Of a stretch of DNA of 64,000 nucleotides, positions 25,490 to 39,500 are shown one piece after another; within the stretch, counting starts at the first letter, position 1; every line of letters starts with the position of its first letter. The translations under genes and the position numbers were made by a program. The notes below the pieces were generated by a model, which searched no databases, was not told the DNA's origin, and saw only the letters and a list, made by a program, of their open reading frames with translations. Source of the stretch: Ophelia neglecta (Eukaryota); assembly GCA_965285935.1 (NCBI GenBank), contig OZ260665.1, forward strand, positions 32,798,001-32,862,000, in the 5' to 3' direction.

Positions 25490-25640
25490 CTTTGCGTCCT
25501 GAATATTTACCGTCCATTCTCTCACGATGGGAATTCATGAAGAAAACATTTTTTATCCAATTGCACACCCAACTAGATGATTGCAATGTCTCAATTGCCT
25601 CATCGTATCTATCAAATAGGTGGGGATTCAACCCTCTTTC
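25490..25640 (-). mobile_element. Possible degenerate LINE RT fragment
   Basis: ORF 25458..25676 contains WVCNWIKNVF..SHRERMDGKYS, similar to the RT segment V.NWI..FL..R.QRV.VDG.YS. Confidence 0.3.
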
Positions 25641-28600
25641 ACTTAAAGCTAGCAAAACGCACTTTGTGCAGGGCATCGATTCATCAATTTTGATTCAGTT
25701 TCGCTGAGACACGCGGAAATGAATGATCCTGAATTGTTCTCACCCAAATCACTCCCACAGAGAATACCTCGAGCGACATAATACATCATTCGACTGTACA
25801 AGTCGGATGTTGAAAACAACCCATACACAAGCTTGTTATGCAGTGTGAATAACGTGTAAAGGAAATGCCCATTGTTTGAAGCATACTTGATAGGTTTCAT
25901 GGTTTATTCGCCACATAAAAGGAAATTACCTCTGAGAAAAAAAACAGAAATAAAACTGAAGAGCAGTAAGGCAATTGTCCCCTTATGGCTTCCAAATAAT
26001 AGCTTTTGTTTTTAGTTGGCAATCACCGACACAGAGTTTTATACTAGCAATTTTCCCGTTACTCCCTTAAGCCATAATAATCAGACATCTCGAAATAGTT
26101 TGATGGTTGCTCACTTTATTATGTTTTGGTACTTGTCCCAGATATAAGTTGGTTTAGTGACAGTGGTTTCAAATAAACAGCGATATTGTTGCGATTAATT
26201 ATTAAAATAATTCATGGAGCTACTTGCAGAACTGGTATAAGGCACATATCTGTACGTAAATAGTAGAAGATGGAAATATATATCGGACAGTAAAACCAAT
26301 ACTGCCAGTCGGAGATGACACAATAAAGCCTAGCTCAGCTCCTAAACTAACAGGAGATGGCACAGAACATGACTAGCCCCTAGCATTAGTAGGGCTAAAA
26401 TTGTAATTTTGAAGCGCTATTATGCGCATCGAAATGCATGTTATCATCAGACCAACCTGAAATTGACATATATGCAAAGCTCTATCATACATTAGCATCA
26501 TTGAAATTTTTCTTTCAGTCACTTTAATAGGTAGTTAGATAATGCCAGTTAAAAAGAATCCAGATGTTCAGCCCCATGCACTGCTGAAATAAGCCCTACT
26601 AATCACTTGCTGGCCATTGTTGCCTTAATTGCTTACAGGATTGAAGGTAAGAAACATGGCTGTTGGTTAGCAGTATGAAATATCTCCGTCTAGCTCCATT
26701 CTACAATCAATTGTAGGGATGAATCTGTCCAAAGTATTTGAAGACTAACACTATTTGGTTTGGTTTATCTGCAAAACAAGATTAAGTGTATAATCACAAT
26801 GTCTAAAATATAAGGCTTCCCACTAAAAAGTCGAAGCCAGCCGTGTATATATGTATTTAATTGTCAGGATCTAGTCTTCTATCTCACATAATTAGTATAA
26901 TTGCACTGAAAAATGCTACAAAGTCTGGCCGAAATCTCGACTTTACCACCTAAAACTCAGCCAGGTTTTCAATATATTGAGACTTGTATCATTACCGGAA
27001 GAAACAAGAGAAGATTGTCAAACTAAAAAAAAATATGCTTGACGCCTTATCAACCAGTTCAACTGGGTTTTGAAACAACATAATGACATCAATTATTTTA
27101 AGAGCAAAACGAGTAATACAAAGTTGCATTGAAAAGTTACACTGTTACTTTATACACAGGGATAGGTATTTTAAATAAAGGTATTCAATTGCATTGTAAA
27201 ATTAACATTGATTCAAATTAAAAGTACCATAAAAACATTTCACTCCAAAAGTGTCCTGCTACTATCTTTATTGGCCATATTTCTGTGTGATACAATATCA
27301 AACAAAACACCAATATTCATTTTTAATTAATTAGGTCCGATAGATACCGTATTAAGTGTACTACTTCTCAACTTTACAATTTAAGTTCTCAATCTTACAC
27401 TTAGCATTGTTATCAAATACCCATTTATAAAATATTCTTCCTTTAGCGAACATAGACAATTTAATTCATTTAAGTTCGCCGATTTTGAAGCCATTGATGG
27501 AACGCACTGGTCATTAAATTGATATATATTAACATTGCATGTACAATTGATTTATTATTCATTTTTTGTGTGCAAATCTCCCGACCACATTAAGTGATCC
27601 TAAGGTTAAGTCTGTCCAACCAGCAGAGATATCCTTAACCAAGCTACATGAACAACTTGCATGTCTTCAGATCTTGCTGAAAGATGACAAAACCTTTTTT
27701 AATGTGTTTATATAATGTATTATACCTAACGCTGAATTCGGGTGTTAAAGCATTTAATTGTTAGGATTTTGCTCAGAACGACAGCACGTGATATATTCAT
27801 TATACATAGACTTTACGTCAATTTTGGTTGAGTAAGTTAGCAAATGTCATTTCAGAATACATGGAAAAAGTGCGATGAGAGCGACAGTTTATCAGATAAA
27901 AGCCCAAAAGCCATTAACTTGCAGGTGCGCTGTTGTCACATCCATTTTTACCAGTCGAATGCCAGTATGCTTTGGCGTCCCTGCTTCTGATTATATCAGA
28001 ATGCACATTTCCTTCACCCAAACTAAGTAACAGGCCATTTTGCCAGGCGTGCGAATTCAATCAATTTCTTTCGCCCATAAAGAGTGTATTTCTTTGATCT
28101 AATTGAAATTGCTTATTTCTTCATAACAGACATGAAATAATTTCAGTTTGCAGATAATTATGTCCACATTCCCCAGCCACCTTGATTTCAGTTCATGTTT
28201 CAAATTGAAAAAAAATCCTTCAAGTCAATATCTACGGCAGGCCCTATCAAAGTTTATCCCTAACTCCATTGTGATTTAAAAATAAACTAACCAATATTCT
28301 GGAGGGAACAAAAAGATAACACTCGCATTGAGAAACGGTCATCTATTGCCCATTTATCAATGGCATTACAAACGTGGTGTAGTTTCAGTATGGCCAAAAT
28401 GATTATTATATTATAGTCTAAAATTTGCGATGTTATACGCCCGCATAACATGTCAGACAATCCAGGGAATTCTCAAATATGGTACCTAATATGCCGAGAG
28501 TATCCAATTATCCATTTAATCATTCCCTTAATTTTGTCCCTAAATTATATTTGGTTGCCAATTCCCCCTGTTGCATATATCAAACAACAGGCAATTTTTT

Positions 28601-31600
28601 TTTCTTTTTTTAAAGGACCAAAGACAAATTGAAATTATTATTCAAGGGTGCATTGGTCCGAACGGAACCGTGAGCTACAAGCCCACTAACAATCAGTCAA
28701 AAGTTGAGCCAGATGAGGGACCTGATAATGGCTTTCAAGAACTAATAAGCTTTCGATTGACGTCATCCTTTGTATTTAGCCTGATTGTGCAATTTCTAAA
28801 TGTGTCCAGGAAACTTTTCATAATGATGAGTAGATATGTCGTGGTTTGAAACATCATCACAAAGGATTGCAGCTATAATGCCACTGTATCACCATCTTCC
28901 AGACACTGGTCATATTGGTAAACTACCGTACTTGTACGGTTTATGAAGGCTCGTGTCTCACTTGCAGGAAATAATTTCAATATATATTTTTTCTAATAGA
29001 TGAAAAAGGTTGTGTCATCATGGGTCACCACTGGGTCATTTTTTTCTAGCAATTTAACAAACCCCACGATTTTTTGGTTAAGGAACGTGAATTAATTGGC
29101 AAGCTCAGAGGGCGATGAAGCTTGGTCATCATTTACAAATTTCAAGAGGTTGCCTTAAATGCATATGTTCAATAATCTATATTTGTGAAATTCGTATTTT
29201 GCTGCGCAATACTGAACAAAATGTATTGTTGAAATTTTGATGGAGTAGTGTGTTGTGGTATCGAGTTAATTAAATATTATTTTTATATTAAGTTAATGTG
29301 TTAAAAGTTCGCCTATGAACGGCTATTAACCGTAAAAATGTGTCTGTTCATTTGTGCCTACTGTACTAAACGCAATTTCCTTTTCATTAACGGAATTATT
29401 CTGATTTTTCTGATTTTTCTGTTATATATGATGAGACGTCATTCGAAGCTGCAGGTATACCACATCATGTCAGGTGCTGCTAAGCCGATTGCGATCAAGT
29501 TTGCATGCCGGCGAAGAGTAAGGAGATATTTCAGCAATGAACCATGTTCCGGTTTTACTAAGATAGGGGAATCTCTCATACACGTTTTCCCTAAAGAACT
29601 GCCATGGCTATTGAGTGCTGTACCATCTGGAGTGTATAGCGCCACATCCTATGATTGGATGGCATTATGCTTTTCGTGCAGTTTATGATAAAGCAGCGTG
29701 TTTGTGTAAAATGAGCGAGGACAGGGCGCGGGAACGGCTAAGGTTTGCTTATAAATTTCGACGACTATTATTTGTGAACTGTATTATATTGGCAATGCTA
29801 CCGGAAAACCCAGAGAGGATACTCCGCAGACTAATCACAGTTGTTAATCAAGGGCAGACCATTCGGCCCAAATTCATTCTCGAGGAACCAGCAGCCGCAA
29901 ACCTACAAACATATATCCCTGTCTCCTAACACTAAATAATATTGTAAATAAATTTATTACAAAGAAGTGCTTTAAAGTCAATATCACTTGCAATGAGAAG
30001 TAGTATATGAGAGATAGGAGTAGATAACCAGACGACAAAGCCAAATCATTGATCAAGAATAATCCATTAAAGCGGTCCTTAATAATCAGGAACCAGCCTC
30101 TCACACACTAATACATCAATAAATCAATATCCAGCTCCCAAACAGTAAGTAAACAGGTAACAACATTCCTAAGAAAATAAATGATACAACGTGCAATAAG
30201 AAGGAGTCAAGAGTTTTCCATGTTGGGAGTCAGAGCACCAAACAAACTTCAGTTTCTTCAAATCAAACTTCTTTGATTCAGTGGTCAAAGAAGGAAATAT
30301 TTCCAAAGAGAGGCTAAGATTGTGTGAGCACTTTCATAATATAAAGACTACTGATGAAAGTGTTTAAGTGAACACTAGACCAAGAGTGGTGTTAACGTCC
30401 CTGGATACTAAAGAAGAAGATGGTATCAGGTCTCTTCGATAGTACTTAATACTTATGAAAAGTGAACCAGTCACGCTTTTAATGGGACTGAACACGTACA
30501 GCTGTTTCATACGGTACTATATCAGCGAAGCTCATTGTACCTAGCCCTAGGATAAGCGAAATTGATCACTCCAAGCTTATTGCAGTATTTCACTGCTTAG
30601 GGGTTGAATGACGGGAGCCAGCCCAAAAAACCAAAAGATAGTGGTCAATGCAGGACGATGATAAAAATGCCCTAGTAGGAAGGTCCATGATGGACAATGG
30701 ATCTATATGTATAAGCAAGAATCGAGACTAAAACCAGTGTAAGAAATGGGCTTAAGAGTCTCGTAAATAATTGGTCGCGTAATGCAACTTTTTGTTTGCT
30801 TTTGTGTCGCTAATGGCGTACTCTGTAATGCAGCCAATATGCAGTGTTCTCTTTGGTTGCTATTCAGGTCAGACATGTATTGTAGTTGACGGTGACCAGG
30901 TTATTTTTGAGGCGTATTTAGTCTTCCTTATAGGTTAACCACAGACTAAATTCTTGTGTGGTTTGACTGGAAAGCAATAATCTACATCAGACGATTCCGA
31001 AAAAAAATCGTACTGATTTTTAGTATAATTCATAGCTACATATTTAGAATAGTCTGTCGCGTATCTTTGACGTTTTAATCTCCTCGAGGGTGGTGACTTC
31101 TTATTAGATATCTTATTGAGATATCTTAACAGGAGATTATCTTCTATTTAATTGCTCATATACCCATTATAGCAAAATATATGTTATTATATTCTTCTAT
31201 TGGTCATAATAGTTACATGTAGCGAATAGAATCACTATCTACACTTTCCACTTCATTATACACAACCGCAGAAACACCGTATAGTTTTAGATTAATATTA
31301 GACAATGCACTCTTGATGGATCCGTTTTCGTCTATCACAGACAGCACTGGGGTGTCTGTGAATTCATTATGTGATAAGGGAATGAAAATAGCATTTCGTT
31401 AGATTCAACTTTCATTAATTAGATATACTGACTGGCAAAACGTGCAAAAACATGTTCATGATGTAACGTCAGAGACTCGACTAGTTTTATTGTTAGATGT
31501 TTTAGTGCTTAGATGTCTTAAGCAACCAGTTTCTATGTATATACTGTGAAACACGGCGTTTGAAGTTTGTGAACTTGCTTTAAAGTACGTTTGACTGTAG

Positions 31601-33429
31601 CCTAATCTTCTTTCCTTTTTTCATGCTTTCATTCTTAGTATGGCTTGATAATTGGATCTAGTTGAATTAAATTTATTATTAAGGAACACCCATATAACAC
31701 CAGAAGACATATAATTCAACTCTCATGTATCTCAAACGGATAAGGAAAAAATATAATTATGGTCGGATTCTATAGAAATTTGGGCGGATGAGGTTTCTTT
31801 CAAACCTCAAACAATATCCACTCTAGGTTCATTACAACCACATCCGTATTAAGAGAGGACCCTTTATCAAAGAGAAAACGTCCAAATTAGTATAAATGAA
31901 AGCATTCATTCGAAAACATCGAATTGGTGTGTAACGCAAAGGCCAAAGGCAATTTTCTTCTTGCAAATATTCCGCAAGGAGCACAAATTGCCAAAAATAC
32001 AGGTTTGGATAATGAGTGTGTAACAAATGAAGGGATTGGCGAGCCTTTTGATTCATGGAACAAATTCTAATTGCTCCTTTCCGCACATAGTACATGTCTG
32101 AGCTGTGGTCACGTACATGGCTTACTTCTTCAGCTGTCGAATATGTATGAAGAAATTTATGCTTGAAAGTGCATCCTCACATCATTGAGACTACCATCTG
32201 TCATATAAAACAATATGATTCACTCTCATTGAAAATATATTATTCTAAGCTAGCAATGTAATTATCCCAATTCCAAGGGTATATTACTTAAATATGAACG
32301 ACGAAATATTTTTTTCCGATACCACACGCTCAATTAAAGCGTCATAGGTCATCCAGAAAAGAGGGACAAGAGAGGCTGCTCGGTGCAATTGATCGGAATT
32401 GGAAGAGACCGGATATGATTGCATGATGGTTGATTTTGCGCAATGGACATTGTAAACGCCACGGGCTGTCTGAGTAAATATCACGGTATGTTTGTTTATT
32501 AAGGGGAGAACCGAACATTCATTATTCTAAGTGGCTTGAAACGCCAAAAGATGTCTAGTAAGTTGCCCTTTGGCCCCGAAAAGGAATACTCAACGAAATG
32601 CTCTTTCCTCAAAACTTCTTTAATTTCGAGAAAATCTGTCTTTCCTTAACAAGGCGTGTATGACATGCGCTACAACTCAGACAAACAGAGTATTTGATCA
32701 ACCTCATTTTTTTTCCACTTGATAATTATCTGGTGTAAATAATACAACCTAACCAAAACTTTCATAACATGGTTAGACAGGCCCTGCAATAGCTCTTGAA
32801 CTTTGCATGTTCCTCATATGGTCGGTTTTAACCAGGACATCGAACCAACCGACATTATTGACCGAGGATTAATACATCCAATTCGTTACGAACCGTAAAT
32901 TTCTGCCTCACCTACAAGAATGTATTGATGAGATGTTAAATCGGATGCGGAGCGGATTGTCTATCTGATGATTAATACTTATTAACATGAAGCGCACACT
33001 CCTATCATCATTCAGTATGATCTGTCAGGCAGGCAATTAAACAATCGATCTTTGTGCTATGTCTGAGTGCAAAAGGGAGGGTATTTGGCGAACTAGCCGT
33101 GTGCTTTCGTTTAAGTTGTCCACGTTTCCTACGATGCACGCAGTTGTTTCAGACCCCATGTGAAAGTCACGGAGATGGAAAATGTCGTGGTTTTTTCTCT
33201 ATTTTATCGCCAAAGACAGACAACCGTCTAGTATATTTAGTTTAAATTCGCTGCTCCGAATGGCCAGGGCAGACAATGTACTCCAGTTTAGTTGGTATGT
33301 GATTGTAGGTTGTTGGGCAATCATTTTTTGCGTCCTCCATTATTGCATTGGGAACTCCATGAAGCAGGTGTTACATAATAGACATTGACTCAACGAGAGA
33401 CACATCTGTCAAAGTCAGTGGCATGAGAA

Positions 33430-33580
33430 CGACCAATCTTGAAAAATGCGACTCCAAATATGGCGAGCATTGCTCGAGACATACTTTTAAGGCTCTGATA
33501 GTTGTACATGTCGAGAGCAAAAGGTGGTCCGCGGGAATAAGAACAATTTGTGATCCATGGGGCACAGTCTCGTTGTGCCG
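33430..33580 (-). mobile_element. Possible degenerate LINE RT fragment
   Basis: ORF 33371..33679 contains VPHGS and ADHLLLSTCTTIRALKVCLEQCSPY, resembling VPQGS and YADD.LLL.P....LQ..L..C..Y. Confidence 0.3.
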
Positions 33581-36500
33581 GAAAATAGGTGTGAGCTTGG
33601 GTAGATTCATGAATACATCAAATAAATATAGTTTATATTTGAAATAAATGCGGGCTTCTAAATAACCTGTAACGAGCATCGTTACCCAGTGTCAAATTGG
33701 ATTTTCTGGATATAAAAGTCAATCCAGACAACAAGGTGTGTTGATAAATTGCTAGCTAGAGAACAGTGCTAATTTTCTTTTGGTTCTTGAATTTTTCAAA
33801 CTTTACGAACGCCATTATGGATACCAGTGTTTACTTCAAGAGAACGATAGGCAGAATATAACATTTTTATATGAAAAAAGCGTCAGTTATGTATTATGTA
33901 CATATAAATAAATAGTACCTCACTCGCATTTTTTATGGTAATCTTTGTTTGTATGAATCAAATTATGTATTTTGGGGAGAACTCCCTTGGTGTCGCTTTA
34001 TAGAGAAATGATCTAACCTCGAGTCAGAGAAAATTTAGAAAAGGAATGTTAAAAAGAAGTCATCCCTACAACAACAACGACAACAACATTGTTTTAGGCG
34101 CAATGACAGGTTTCAGCTGCCTTCGATGCTGTTAATCTCAGCCGTCATGGCGCCGTACACGCCAAATTAAGTCTTCTATGTGCCAGACATGTCGACCTGG
34201 AAAAATGCCTCACAGTGTGTTAAAAGACCAAGGATGTCTTACTAAAGAAAAAGATGGCATTACCCAGAATACCGCTAGCAATGAATAATACTAAATGCAT
34301 TTGTACAGTACTCCGCCCATACGTACATTCAAGGCTGAGATACGTACATTATGTTAAATTTCGAGTAAAAGCCTACGAAAATCAACAAAATTTTACCCCC
34401 CCCCCCCCCTCCCTCACACAAAAATCACTCTTGGGCATTTTAAAGATTTGTATGGCATTTAACGTTGCGAAACACGTAGGTCACATCAACACACTGTTAG
34501 AACATTACTATATCCTAAAATGCAAATAAGGAATGTTTATTTATTTTCGTTTAGCTTATCTGGTTGGGCATGCAAACCCTCCTTTTGTCAAAGATGATGC
34601 ACGTTAAAGGTTTCAGCCTACAGCAATTTGGAACTATGTTCGTAGAAGGTATTTGCTGATCCCTGCGGAATGGAAGTTACAAGCAGATAAACTGCCTAGA
34701 AGAAAAGACGCACATTTATACAAAGTATCATTCTGTACCAAAAGCCCAAAGCCAAACGAAATTCACATGTGAAGTATTTTTTACATGACAATGACGATTT
34801 ACAGTCAGTACTGTTATAAAAACAAGTACATCGGGTGCATATATCAATGAATGTATTTGGAATGTATATCGTTTTTCGATGGCAGTATTTGACGATATTC
34901 AATATCCTTGTAACACCCTTCACTTCCATTTAAGATGTTTTATCAGATAGCTTTCGCAACTTTCAGCCAAAATGTTTTTTTTCGCACCGTCATGGCTTTT
35001 CTTTAACGGAATTTCGTTAGATCTATTAAAGCTCTTGCTACTTAGATGGCACAGAAGCGTATTCTGAGGTTGGGAAGCTCTTACTGCATTAAATTGAACT
35101 AAAAACCTAAGAAATACCTAACACCTTCGAGACTATGAAGCTAGTATTTTCACCTGCAAGATTTCTGAGATGCGTGTTCTAACTTGATCAGGTTTTACCG
35201 AGGCCTCCCAATGTCTAGTGGTCATTTTTTTATTGTTTCGATAGTGTTTTTCATCAATAGAACATAAACATGGTAGATGTTGTTGTCTGTGTTCCATTTA
35301 GACCACATATTTATAATGAATTGTCCCTAGGGTCGACCTCATAAAGAAGTAATCCCAAGTAACTCCGATCCTGCAATCGGTAGTTCAGTGTAACAATCTA
35401 TCATTTTTTATCGATAAGAATGTTTGTTGTTCTATATTCTGGTACAAGATACTTCCTTTTTTTATCTATTTCTCCATACGTTATCTCGTTAGTGTTCATG
35501 GTAGACTTTGTGAACACCAACCCGACCGCTTTTGATTTTTCCCAAACAAATAAACTTCAAAAAAGTGCATTTTTTTCAAATGCATAATAAGTTATTTTTC
35601 GCTCATTTGGCAAAACAAGTTAGGATCCCACCCCTATTCCTTTTGTAAATTATTACATCGTGTAGAAAATAGAATCTGTTTTCGGCAATTGCTCATTAAA
35701 GGCAACGACTCAAATAAAATACTCAAATGTATAATTCAATAGAAGTGCCCACGCAATGTCGTGTTTCCTTCAGCCGTACAATAACAATATGTTGTTAACA
35801 CAATGTATAAAGAACTCGTCAAATGAAAGCCTATAAATCAATGGAACGCCTTAAAATTATGAGCGATGCAGCCTAATATCATTTAAGAATACATTAGGGG
35901 AAATGTTTTGGAGGATATATATCATGGAAGAAATAAATAAAGTGAAGCATTGTACGGTAAATGTCCTCCTTTTATTACTTCTAACATTTTATTCCAAGTA
36001 AGTTGCTAGATAAATGATTAATGTTTCACTGAAACACATACTCCATCATTACTGAAAATAATACGTAAGTTTTTTATTGTCCTGAGACTTATAGACTGAA
36101 CATGAATTGATTATCTTTAGGAGAAATTCTGAATATATTTTGTTACCATAGCAAAGCATAATTGAAAAATGCGTCGGAATTAAGTTTCGCTTTCCGTGCC
36201 ATTTCAGGTATGCATGGGGAGATGGGTCTTAGTTCTCTCTTAGCCAAAACTTAAACAAACTTGATCCTTGGGGCTTGGACCAACTCGCTCCTTGACATTA
36301 CAAGTGGTAGTCCCTTACCACATATTTTCTATCCGTATGAATCTGAGGGAAGCTTGCGTTCCTAAACGCTTGTTTAAAACTGCAACGCAGCCTCACGCCA
36401 AATTCAGTTTGTAGTCCTCTCGAGCCTGTATATGTAGATGATCTACGGCAGGTGTCGATGTTTTGGCACCAAATAATGAACTCCTACTAGATTCAACACA

Positions 36501-39500
36501 CTAAAACTATAAAACGGGAGTGGATTTCTAAATGCGAGCGATCAACAAAGATCCACTAATTTAGGTTTCAGTCCCCCTGGAGCCACTAACGGAAGGCCCA
36601 TAATGCATCAAATCCCAATTCCATGAATGCAAGTAAGTTCGTTGCCAAATAGGGATGGTAAAGAGCAATCTTAATTGACGTTTTCTCTTTTTTTGTTTAT
36701 TACAGATTCAGTGAGTTTGTCATAATCCTCGTCCTACTTTTAAAACTGACTGGTGTATTTGGTTTTTTGTTTCATATTTTCGAAACTCGTTGATATCTTC
36801 GCATTAATTGAAAAATATATTGTTATACTTGATTTATCTATTTCATTCACTTTTGATTGTGGTATTTTCACTTTATTGATGGAACTGGGTACTTTGGCAT
36901 ATTAGTATTTGGTATATCGTGCCCTAGGGCAGGCCATGATGATCTATAATAAACATATAAAAAGGGCATTACGTTACATACAAGTCTCCGTTCATACGTC
37001 TAGCTGTTGGAGGCTGACATATGCAGCATGCTCTAGAGTTACTACAACCAATGCTGTAAATTTCAAGGGACAAAGGGATATACTTCCAATTTTAATTTCT
37101 AAAAATCCGAGGTCAATATAATGAATTCCCAATATTATATTTGGCATTTCTCCGCAAAACCTATAGATAGCTAGTATTTCGCAAACAGTAAGAAAAGCAT
37201 GTTTTAGCTCCGATTGCAAAAGCGGCCATAAGAAAACCACATCGTAACATTAGTACAACCCCAAACAAAATCACCCGCAACCTATCTACCACCTTGAAAC
37301 GAAAAAATCATTGATAACGGTGTGTTTCCATGGCTCGCAAACTGTCGGTTGTTCCTAAATGATAAGCTGAATCCCTAGTTGAAACCGCTTTTGAACGTCC
37401 ATAAATAAATTACAAGACAACGACGGAGACCCAGTCCTATTGCAGGTGGTAAAGATGCAACACACATTTCTACAGTGATCAGTGAACAGTGAAACTAATT
37501 ACTGCCACTACAATAGCTCATGCGTTTGCAATGATCAAAGCTACAAACGACAAAGGAAAATAGCATGTAGATAGAATGTGTATCAAAGAATATATTGCAT
37601 GTCAGCGTTCCAATATAAGAACATCTTGCATGTTGGCGTTTCATTAAGGTCCTATTATGAATCAGAAAAGAAGCAATTAATAGAAACATGCCAGACATTT
37701 AGGTTACATTATAATGATACCCAGATTCACCATCCTGACGATATACGGCAGAATGGCCCGACCAAAATAACAGTCACAGTAAAAATGGGTATGGTTTTCT
37801 TTTCCGAGGTCAGGCCAAATCCTTCTTCTAACTTGCAGTTGTAGCTATAATTATGTTAATTCACCTATTTCCTATCATCGCATCTCGCTTCATGGCCATA
37901 ATCGCTCTCAACTTTTGTTATTTACGTCCCTGATAATCGAGGCAGGGATACAGTTTAACAGTACATGTATAAACTTTCAGCATGCACACATAGCTGTATT
38001 TCATTTTTTTAGAAACGGAAATATCCAATACACTTGGATTCTGCTATAAGTTAGTCATAAATTTGTTTCCTTTGCACTCTAGACCTTTTATGAGATATTC
38101 AACAGATAGAAATATAAAAGGCTAAAAAAAATTGGGCTCGTTAAAACAATGTATATAATGATTTATGTGTGTATTCTCTATACCCAAACATTTAAGTTCG
38201 CCACAAGACAGGAAATTAGCAAATTCCTTACATGTAGACGCCTTCATTTTGGGAATTTTGACAATGTCATCGTATTCTGCGTATGCATAAATTACATTGA
38301 TTGCCGTGCAAACGATTCATCATATTGCCAGACAATTCTTTCCGAAACAAGTATCAACTGACGCTTTTTTCTTAAATTGACCTTGGGTATTTTGACGAGC
38401 GTTGTTCAAAGTGACAGCATTCATGATTGGATGGAGATGAGGCCGGAAATTACATGATTTGGAATGGATACATGAGCATTCGGTTCGTGTCGCTAACGGT
38501 ATTTTCTATGGTACTCTATTTTAGGAGCAGGAACGAGTTAATTATACATCAAAACGCTATTTTTCGCCAAATGTAATATTTCTTTATTTGCAATGAATGT
38601 TAAGTATGTTTACAATACGATTCTGTAGAATTGAAAGTGTCACAATTGCAATTTAGAATACATCGTGCCTGGGAATGAAACTTTCCAAAACCACTTTACA
38701 TGTTCCAATTAAACATACGGTATATAGAAATTTAGGTAGTAATTTTTAAAGGTTTTCCAAAATAAAAATACTTGAACTAACTGATTGTATGGGTTAGGAC
38801 TTTAATTCCCGATTGCTGGATCCCCCGGTTGGGTACTGGAGACTTCACAAGAGCATTAAGGACATTCAGCTTGTACACCTCGAAACTTTACCGCGATAAA
38901 CGATTGCTATGATATTTTGAGGTAAGTAAGTATCAGTGGTGTGGTAATAATGTGTACATTGAGTGTTGTCGTGTCGGCGGCGTTTGGGGCGTGGTCTTAT
39001 GTCTGACTAAATCAATGCTAAGTCTTGTGAGTATGTAGTCCGTGAAAACTATCGCATAGCCTAGCTGTGAAAGAGTTCGGGGTATTGTTAAAAGGGTTAT
39101 ACATATTCAATAACAGTTGAGGCACCTATTTAACAAAATTGCAGGAAGGAAGATTACCTGCCGGCAAAAAAGAAACCTGATTATTAAAAGTTGTGTTTCC
39201 TTACTGTAAGGTAAATTCGTTTATCTAAAGGAAGTTATAGTAAGCGTAAATTGGCCCTTACCCTTATGATTTGCTAGCCTCTAAAACTAAGAAATGTTTT
39301 GGTGAGGTCAATTGATACCATTGATAGTTCCTTTTACGAGAACATTGAATTGACCAATTTAAACTCACCCATGCTTATCCTATAAAACGCATAACGACTG
39401 GCAATCTTAGTCAGATTAGGAGTTTCTTTTAAACGGACTCAGATCTACTAAGGTCAACACCAGTCCAAACTTATTGACAACTGAGCGTTGTCTTATTTAA

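Noticed and set aside
29338-29929. Overlapping 104-116 aa ORFs
   Set aside because: No recognisable domain or exon structure; consistent with chance ORFs or decayed repeat sequence.
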